DNA of 32,000 nt from Pyrolobus fumarii 1A (GTDB lineage: Archaea > Thermoproteota > Thermoprotei_A > Sulfolobales > Pyrodictiaceae): contig NC_015931.1 in NCBI RefSeq assembly GCF_000223395.1, positions 810,001 to 842,000 of the forward strand. Reading direction: 5' to 3'. Positions 25,924 through 32,000 of the stretch are shown here, piece by piece. The stretch's first letter is position 1. Every line of letters starts with the position of its first letter. The position numbers and the translations under genes are program-made. The notes under the pieces are model-generated. The model made no database searches. It was not told the origin of the DNA and saw only the letters and a list, made by a program, of their open reading frames with translations.

Positions 25924-26910
25924 ATGCGGCTGCGGTTCACGCTGTTTCGTACACGTGGGGCTAGAGGCGTTACAGGTGAAGCTAGACCACGTGATGTCGA
26001 GACACTCCCTAGGAGAAACCTTACACTAGCCTTGGCGCTCGGCGCCGGGCTCGCCAGTATACCATTGGTAGCAGTCTACGTGTTGCTTGTGCTTACGAGT
26101 TTCTCAGATACTGTGGTCACGGGCGTTGAGATCCTTGAGGGCAGGCTACCCAAGTTTACGTTACGATACTGGGAGGCGTTGCTACAAGGACGACTAAGTG
26201 CGATAGTGATGATGCCAGTGACTATCGACGTACCAGCAACCATAGTGAACACGTTGATTATAGCGCTTGGTGTATCACTCGTAACGACTCTTGCAAGTAC
26301 AATGGCGGGTTATGCGTTCTCGCGTATGAAGTTCGCTGGCCGAGAGAAACTCATGGAGTTCATCATATTGTTGCACGCGTTCCCAGGTGTGGCACTGCTA
26401 ATAGGTGTGTTCTTCGTCTACGTGTGGATGTTAAGAACGCTGTTTGTGAATGCCCCCTACGAGAGTAGGGTTGCGTTTGTATTCGCTTATACCATACTGG
26501 CTAGAGCATCGCTAGAGATACCGATGAGCATCTGGCTCATGAAGGGCTTCTTTGATAGGATACCATGGGAAGTTGAGTGGTCGGCGCTCGTGGACGGCGC
26601 ATCAAGGATACGTACATGGTGGAAGGTTATACTGCCGCAGGTTAAACCTGGAATAGCAGCCCTCGCGATATTCTCGTTCCTAGCTGGTTGGGAAGACTTC
26701 ATCTACGTCTACGTGTTCTTATATCAGGGTACAGGTGGCGCAATGCATACGCTAGCAACTATGATAGAGCAGCTCACGGCCAATCTGGAGACGGCTGAGT
26801 TACCCCTAGCGGCGGCGGCGGGCGTCCTCTACTTGCTACCAACGATACTGTTCTTCCTTGTAACGCAAAAACTGCTTCTCGAGACTTATGGTGGCGGTGT
26901 AAAGGGCTAA
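25924..26910 (+). CDS. ABC sugar transporter permease (MalG/UgpE-like)
   Basis: Polytopic, with the EAA-loop segment SALVDGASRIRTWWKVILPQVKPG. ATG 25924. Confidence 0.85.
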   Translation: MRLRFTLFRTRGARGVTGEARPRDVETLPRRNLTLALALGAGLASIPLVAVYVLLVLTSFSDTVVTGVEILEGRLPKFTLRYWEALLQGRLSAIVMMPVTIDVPATIVNTLIIALGVSLVTTLASTMAGYAFSRMKFAGREKLMEFIILLHAFPGVALLIGVFFVYVWMLRTLFVNAPYESRVAFVFAYTILARASLEIPMSIWLMKGFFDRIPWEVEWSALVDGASRIRTWWKVILPQVKPGIAALAIFSFLAGWEDFIYVYVFLYQGTGGAMHTLATMIEQLTANLETAELPLAAAAGVLYLLPTILFFLVTQKLLLETYGGGVKG

Positions 26911-26992
26911 CCAGACAGCTTTTACCATCCGCCTCGCGAGGATACACTCGCGGGGCTACATTCTAACCAAATTGTGGATGAAGGGTGATTAC

Positions 26993-28105
26993 ATGGTTGA
27001 GGTTCGACTAGTCGAGGTATCGAAGCGTTTTGGCAGCGTGGAAGCATTGAAAAATGTGACATTAACGTTCGAGGATGGTGCTTTCACAGCCCTGCTTGGG
27101 CCCAGCGGCTCGGGCAAAACAACACTCCTATACATCATAGCCGGTATATACAAGCCCACAAGCGGCAAGGTGTATTTCGGCGAACGTGATGTCACCAACC
27201 TACCGCCGAACAAGAGGAACATCGGTCTAGTCTTCCAAAACTACGCTCTATACCCTCACATGACAGTCTACGAGAACATAGCATTTCCTCTTCGCCTTAG
27301 AAAGTTGCCACCAAGCAAGATAGATGAGAAGGTTCGAGAAGTTGCAAAACTGTTGCATATAGAAGAACTCCTAGATAGGTATCCTTCGCAGTTATCAGGC
27401 GGCCAGCAACAGAGGGTTGCAATGGCACGCGCATTGGTAAAAGAGCCAGACGTGCTTCTACTCGACGAGCCGCTATCCAACCTAGACGCGCTGCTCAGGG
27501 TGAAAATACGTGCCGAGCTGAAGCGGTTGCAAAAGGATCTTGGCATAACAACGATATACGTTACACACGATCAGGCAGAGGCGCTTGCAATGGCTGATAC
27601 AGTCGTTGTCATTGACCGTGGTGTCGTGCAGCAAATAGGAAGCCCTGACGAGATATACAACAACCCGCGTAATCTATTCGTAGCCACATTCATAGGCTCG
27701 CCGCCAGCCAACATAATCACCGCCAAGGTCGTGAAACGTGGCAAGGAAGTGTGTGCGGCAGTTGGTAATACGCTGATATGCCCGGATTACAAGATAGGCG
27801 TTAGAATGGCTAACCTAGAGGAGGTAGTCATAGCGTTTAGACCCGAGCATGCAGAGATATCAGAGGCTCCGCTTGAAGGTATGGTTAGCTTTGAGGCAGA
27901 GGTGTATGCTGTTGAAACTCTAGGCAGGGAGAATATAGTAACGCTCGTTGTCGGCGCTACTCCAGTAAAGGTTGTCACTAAACCTGATGTGAGACCGCAA
28001 CTAGGCTCCAGAGTGTATATCAACGTGCCAATAGATAAGTTGAAGTACTTTGACCCGGAGACGGAGCTAAACCTCGAGTATATAGAGGTTGTGAATAGAA
28101 GCTAG
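26993..28105 (+). CDS. ABC sugar transporter ATP-binding protein (MalK/UgpC-like)
   Basis: Walker A GPSGSGKTT, signature LSGGQQQRVAMARAL, Walker B LLLDEPLS, and a C-terminal regulatory (TOBE-like) extension. ATG 26993. Confidence 0.9.
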   Translation: MVEVRLVEVSKRFGSVEALKNVTLTFEDGAFTALLGPSGSGKTTLLYIIAGIYKPTSGKVYFGERDVTNLPPNKRNIGLVFQNYALYPHMTVYENIAFPLRLRKLPPSKIDEKVREVAKLLHIEELLDRYPSQLSGGQQQRVAMARALVKEPDVLLLDEPLSNLDALLRVKIRAELKRLQKDLGITTIYVTHDQAEALAMADTVVVIDRGVVQQIGSPDEIYNNPRNLFVATFIGSPPANIITAKVVKRGKEVCAAVGNTLICPDYKIGVRMANLEEVVIAFRPEHAEISEAPLEGMVSFEAEVYAVETLGRENIVTLVVGATPVKVVTKPDVRPQLGSRVYINVPIDKLKYFDPETELNLEYIEVVNRS

Positions 28106-28127
28106 CTCGTGTGTTTCATAAGGCTCC

Positions 28128-28164
28128 GCTCCTCTTGCTTGTTACCGGGCCATGAGGAGCTTTT
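28128..28164 (+). terminator. Hairpin plus TTTT downstream of the sugar ABC operon
   Basis: GCTCCTC (28128-28134) pairs with GAGGAGC (28154-28160) and is immediately followed by TTTT at 28161-28164. It begins 23 nt after the malK-like stop. Confidence 0.45.
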
Positions 28165-28252
28165 CGGGGAGAGGGAGCCGCCCGTCGCCACCGCTCAAAC
28201 GGGCGGGGTGACTGGGCGGTTACCCTGCCGAGCCCGCAGTTGAGACAAATCG

Positions 28253-28900
28253 TTATCTAACAACATCCTGGATACTCCTAATCTCGACTCGAGGCACGCC
28301 GCCTTGCAACTTGAGTGTGGCCACCTTATCTTCTAGCAGTGTACACTTGGGCAGGCTATGAGTGGCTACTGCAGCCCAACGGCCATGGTGCGACACGCAC
28401 ATTCTCTTAGCCGCCATTATGAGAACTGGTGTGCGTCTAGCGCCACTCTCAGCTATCACAGCTATCATTGCAGCGGGTGATCCGCCAGTGTGTACCAACT
28501 TGGCTGCAATACGCTCTGTACTTGAGCCCTCCCTAACAAGTCTCTGTGTATAAAGTTGTACAATAGCTCGTTTTGAACGGCGTAGAGGGTCGGGGGGTGA
28601 GGCTGTAACGAGCATATTGCGGGTGACGGTGGGTGTGCATACCATTAACCAGGCTAGGGCATGGCCGCCTAGCACGGTAAGCCCGAAGCCACATATCCAG
28701 TCGCTAACGGAGACCGCATAGACGCCTCTGCGTATCCATCCAAGCTTCTCAAGTGGATCTAGATGGGCTGCGTACATTACTGAGGAGAAATTGCGCTCCT
28801 CGAGATATAGTAGCCCCTCGCAGCCCCTACAAGAGGAGAGAGCATCCAACACATCACTTGACGGCTCGGTCTTTGAGGCTAACAATGCTAGACCAGGCAA
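28253..28900 (-). CDS. Hypothetical protein (215 aa), no recognisable family
   Basis: It is the longest ORF in any frame here, and its codon usage resembles neighbouring genes. It has a TTG start and no TATA-like element in the GC-rich 115 nt upstream, so it is probably co-transcribed with 29016-29465. Low Lys/Glu content for this genome lowers confidence. Confidence 0.4.
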   Translation of the reverse strand: MPGLALLASKTEPSSDVLDALSSCRGCEGLLYLEERNFSSVMYAAHLDPLEKLGWIRRGVYAVSVSDWICGFGLTVLGGHALAWLMVCTPTVTRNMLVTASPPDPLRRSKRAIVQLYTQRLVREGSSTERIAAKLVHTGGSPAAMIAVIAESGARRTPVLIMAAKRMCVSHHGRWAAVATHSLPKCTLLEDKVATLKLQGGVPRVEIRSIQDVVR

Positions 28901-29015
28901 CCCCTAGCCTCACCCGCACGGGGGCTCGGAGTAGCTCGCCCTCATCAGCGGGGCTGTGTACAGCCCCTCCGGCGGTGGTTCGACTCGCCACCGCCCCGGC
29001 TCTACACCCCTACGT

Positions 29016-29465
29016 TCAAACCAGGTATATTGTAACCGCCTCGCCAGGTACCTCCTCGCGATAGAGCTTCCTCTTGGCGCTGGTCTCGAACATCACACCC
29101 TCGCTCGTAACCACGACATAATCGTAGAGGAAGCCACCCGGTGTTATTATCGTCAAGTAACGATCCAAGTTCTCAATCTCTGTTAGTCTCACCTCAAAGT
29201 ATCCAACCATTCTAGTGCCGTCGATGTCGACTCTCGGCGCCTGAACCCCATGTATGCCCACAGGCACGTCTATGTAGACTCTCTTCCGTTTATCATCGGA
29301 GTATTCGCGTACTGCGAACTCTGAGGCCTCTAGTCTAACACTGCGGGGTTCAAGATCGAGTTCGAAGCCATCGCCACGTAGTATCATAACATCCTCGCTA
29401 ACCTCCATCTCCAAGGCCTTGCCTGGACCCCACTTGACGTAGAACACTGGCTTCTTCCTCGGCAT
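29016..29465 (-). CDS. Hypothetical protein (149 aa), predicted mostly beta-strand, no recognised family
   Basis: ATG start, TGA stop, composition typical of the neighbouring genes. TATA-like GTTTTAAC on the minus strand about 40 nt upstream (plus coordinates 29503-29512). Confidence 0.6.
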   Translation of the reverse strand: MPRKKPVFYVKWGPGKALEMEVSEDVMILRGDGFELDLEPRSVRLEASEFAVREYSDDKRKRVYIDVPVGIHGVQAPRVDIDGTRMVGYFEVRLTEIENLDRYLTIITPGGFLYDYVVVTSEGVMFETSAKRKLYREEVPGEAVTIYLV

Positions 29466-29615
29466 ATCCTCTACCCTAGCCTACGTCACCATTGTAGAAG
29501 ACGAGTTAAAACTAGAGTGGTCTACCTTGCGGCACTAGCAGGCACTTCAAGCTATCCAAGCCCCATATCACATAATTCGCCAAGGGGCGAGGCTCTATCC
29601 TTCCCGGGAGTATAC

Positions 29616-30044
29616 ATGAGCGAGAGGCACACTCATCCATCTAGAGATCCTCGAGTTATACGAAAGATGGCTGATCTACTTAGAAGCGGTGCAGCGATGC
29701 TAGCAGAGCATTGTCCCAGATGCGGATTGCCTCTATTCCGCCTCAAGAGCGGCGAGATAATATGCCCGGTGCACGGGAGAGTGTATGTAGTGAAGACTGA
29801 GGCCGAGGTTACTAGAGCGACAGTTGAAGGAGTGCTTGAGCAGCTAGAAAGGCTGCTTGTAGAAAAGATAGGGTCTAGCCTTGAAGCGTTAAGGCAAGCA
29901 GAGTTCACAGACGATGAGAAACCACGGGCGCTTATAATGTGGTTGGAAGCGCTTGAACGCGTTGAGAGGATACTGCAGAGCATAAGGGGACAGCTAAGGC
30001 GGGGTGAAGGCAAGGAGGAGGATAAGAGGGAGAAAAGAGGGTAA
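29616..30044 (+). CDS. UPF0148 / autoantigen-p27-like zinc-ribbon protein
   Basis: MADLLRSGAAMLAEHCPRCGLPLFRLKSGEIICPVHG is the hallmark N-terminal zinc ribbon of this archaeal family, followed by a helical acidic/basic tail. ATG 29616 is preferred over the ORF-track start at 29517. Confidence 0.75.
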   Translation: MSERHTHPSRDPRVIRKMADLLRSGAAMLAEHCPRCGLPLFRLKSGEIICPVHGRVYVVKTEAEVTRATVEGVLEQLERLLVEKIGSSLEALRQAEFTDDEKPRALIMWLEALERVERILQSIRGQLRRGEGKEEDKREKRG

Positions 30045-30155
30045 CAGTGAGGAAGTCCTCACCCTCTTGGTGATGACTGGTCCGCTGGGAGACCGAACCC
30101 GCGTCGGGCCCCGGGTCGTGAGGAGAGGTCGGCGTGCTGATGTACTGCTGTAGCG

Positions 30156-31895
30156 CTATGCCCTTAGTAGCGGTGGGCGTTTCTCCGTGACTCTCTTCCT
30201 AACCTCTTGCAGCATCTCGGTCACTCGTCTTGGGAAGTCCTGCGGTAGTTTCTTGAACAGCGGCTCCACCTTGCCTATGCGATGACCAGGTTTGAGTATC
30301 TCTGTGCCTGCCTCCTTCCACCTGCCTTTCTCGTGGACACTACCAGGCAAGTTTAGCATCTTCCATAGTCTCTCGGCAGCATCTGGCGTGAAAGGCGCCA
30401 ATAGTATGGCAAGGGTCGCTATGCTATTTGCAGCCAGGTACATTGTTGTAGCAGCGTCTCGAGGATTGGTCTTTATCGCGTCCCACGGGGCCTTAGCGTT
30501 AAGATACTGGTTGCCAGCTCTTGCAAGCTCTAACACTCTCTCCAGGGCAAGCTTCAGTCTAAATCTATCCATTTCCTCAGCAACCCTCTGTGGAGCCTCC
30601 CTAACAGTTTCGAGGAAGTTCTTGTCGATCTCGTTTAGCTCTCCGGGCTCGGGTATAGTGGAGTCAAACCTAGCCTCAATGAAACGCAATACACGGTGCA
30701 CGTAGTTCCCTATATCATCGTTAAGCTCCTTGTTGATTATTCGCGTGAACTCCTCCCATGAGAAGTTAGTGTCCTTAGCCTCTGGCCGCATCCTTATCAA
30801 CGCGAACCTCCAATAATCGACAGGTAGTATCTCGAGTGCCTCGTCTATCCAGATGCCCCAGCGGCGGCTCTTGGAGAACTGCTGACCTTCATACATGAGG
30901 TACTCGGTCGCAGAGATGTAGTATGGTAGCACGTAGGGCTCTCCACTCGCCATTAGCAACGCTGGGAGTATTATAGCGTGGAATGGTATGTTATCCTTTC
31001 CAACAAAGTACACCGTCTTTGTCTCCTGGTTGAACCAGTACTCCTTCCACCTCTCGGGCTCACCCTTTTTCTCGAAGTACTCGATAGTTGCAGAGATATA
31101 GCCGAGGAGCGCCTCAAACCACACGTAGATAGTCTTGCCCTCGGCGCCGGGGAAGGGTGCGGGTATACCCCACTTGTTGTCCCTCGTTATACTCCTGGGT
31201 TTTAGCCCCTCTCGTACCCAGTTGAGACTATAGTTCTTGACATTGTCGGGCAGGCTACTCTCCTCTAGCCACTTGAGCACCTTGTCGCGCAACTTAGGTA
31301 GGTCGAAGAACCAGTGTCGTGTCTTTCGGAACTCGGGCTTAGACCCGCAAATAGCGCATTTCGGCTCCTTTAGCATTGTTGGGTGTAGCAGGCGGCCGCA
31401 ATTCTCGCACTGGTCGCCCCGTGCATACTCGTAGCCACAATATGGGCACTTGCCTACTACGAACCGGTCGGGCAGAAACATCTTATCGCGGGGGCAGTAT
31501 GGAAGTATCTCATCCTGCTCGAACACGTATCCGTTTTGATACACTTTCATGAAGAACTCTCGGACAAACTTCTTGTGGGTCTCGCTCTCAGTCCGCGTAT
31601 AGTTGTCGAAACTTATTCTCCATTCTCGGAACAGCCTTGACACATACTCGTGAGCCTGGTCAGTAAGCTCGCGTGGCTGCACACCCTTCTTGATAGCCTC
31701 TATCTCTATTGGAGTCCCGTGCTCGTCACTACCGCTGACAAATACTACGTCCTCCCCCCGAAGCCGTAGATAACGCGCAAACACGTCAGCAGACAACACC
31801 GAGCCGACTAGGTTGCCCAAGTGTGGCACGCTATTGACGTATGGCCATGCTGAGGTGACGACCCATCTGCCCACTTTGGCGGCACCCCGCAGCAT
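30156..31895 (-). CDS. metG: Methionyl-tRNA synthetase
   Basis: HIGH-type motif [13 protein letters not shown]-type motif KFSKSRRWG, and zinc knuckles [18 protein letters not shown] / CAICG. Length 579 aa. Confidence 0.93.
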   Translation of the reverse strand: MLRGAAKVGRWVVTSAWPYVNSVPHLGNLVGSVLSADVFARYLRLRGEDVVFVSGSDEHGTPIEIEAIKKGVQPRELTDQAHEYVSRLFREWRISFDNYTRTESETHKKFVREFFMKVYQNGYVFEQDEILPYCPRDKMFLPDRFVVGKCPYCGYEYARGDQCENCGRLLHPTMLKEPKCAICGSKPEFRKTRHWFFDLPKLRDKVLKWLEESSLPDNVKNYSLNWVREGLKPRSITRDNKWGIPAPFPGAEGKTIYVWFEALLGYISATIEYFEKKGEPERWKEYWFNQETKTVYFVGKDNIPFHAIILPALLMASGEPYVLPYYISATEYLMYEGQQFSKSRRWGIWIDEALEILPVDYWRFALIRMRPEAKDTNFSWEEFTRIINKELNDDIGNYVHRVLRFIEARFDSTIPEPGELNEIDKNFLETVREAPQRVAEEMDRFRLKLALERVLELARAGNQYLNAKAPWDAIKTNPRDAATTMYLAANSIATLAILLAPFTPDAAERLWKMLNLPGSVHEKGRWKEAGTEILKPGHRIGKVEPLFKKLPQDFPRRVTEMLQEVRKRVTEKRPPLLRA

Positions 31896-32000
31896 CCGTG
31901 TCCAACGCTAACCGGTATACCTTCCTCCTCACCCCTCTACTATAGTAGCTGTGCACAACGTGCAACTCTATCGGGTTTATGGCGGGTGATGTTCTGGCTC

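Noticed and set aside
28971-28995. T-arm-like GGTGGTTCGACTCGCCACC as part of a tRNA or split tRNA
   Set aside because: The loop is 9 nt rather than 7. No acceptor, D or anticodon arms can be drawn on either strand. tRNA-Leu at 1198-1284 is the only cloverleaf I could fold in the window.
28362-29064. Plus-strand ORFs 28362-28553 and 28753-29064 as alternatives to the minus-strand 215-aa gene
   Set aside because: They are shorter, Ala/Arg/Pro/Thr-rich, and the second runs through the hairpin spacer. The minus-strand ORF is longer and has more gene-like codon usage, although it is itself only moderately supported.
30045-30100. GAGGAAGTCC (30049-30058) and GACCGAACCCGCG (30091-30103) as fragments of a minimal RNase P RNA
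   Set aside because: The two elements are only about 35 nt apart and the whole gap is 111 nt, too small for even a minimal (type T) RNase P RNA. The first element is better explained by local hairpins (GTGAGG/CCTCAC, or AGTCCTCACC/GGTGATGACT).

Overview
This 32-kb chromosomal segment looks like it comes from a hyperthermophilic crenarchaeon. That is inference from gene content (A/V-type ATPase subunit A, archaeal mevalonate kinase), many GTG/TTG starts, TATA-like boxes about 25-40 nt upstream of start codons, and heavy CTA/ATA/AGG/AGA codon use. I cannot name the species. Coding density is high and most genes are housekeeping: mvk (5'-truncated by the window edge), tRNA-Leu(CAA), atpA, purB, a Sir2 deacetylase, asd and metG. 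There are two ABC importer loci: a BMP/PnrA-family locus at 5.5-10.4 kb and a CUT1-type sugar locus at 23.2-28.1 kb. An SAMHD1-like HD phosphohydrolase sits in an operon with a small winged-helix protein, and there is an orphan hydantoinase-A-family gene. I found no rRNA, CRISPR array, IS element, transposase or integrase. Regions worth a second look: (1) a 501-aa protein at 10377-11882 carrying the ordered catalytic motifs of archaeo-eukaryotic primases, but with atypical length and C-terminus; (2) a ~1130-aa surface protein at 15388-18789 fusing a clan-CD (C25/gingipain-like) cysteine protease to Ig-like domains, a ~280-aa coiled-coil stalk and a C-terminal membrane anchor; (3) the ~700-bp non-coding region upstream of it, whose 3' half (15056-15314) looks like an unclassified ~260-nt structured RNA with its own TATA box and oligo-T end, next to a two-winged-helix protein gene; (4) several GC-rich multi-hairpin intergenic blocks (4544-4719, 28106-28252, 28901-29015, 30045-30155), one with canonical C/D-box spacing; (5) two uncharacterised co-oriented genes at 28253-29465. 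All functional calls come from motif recognition by eye. No database search was run.
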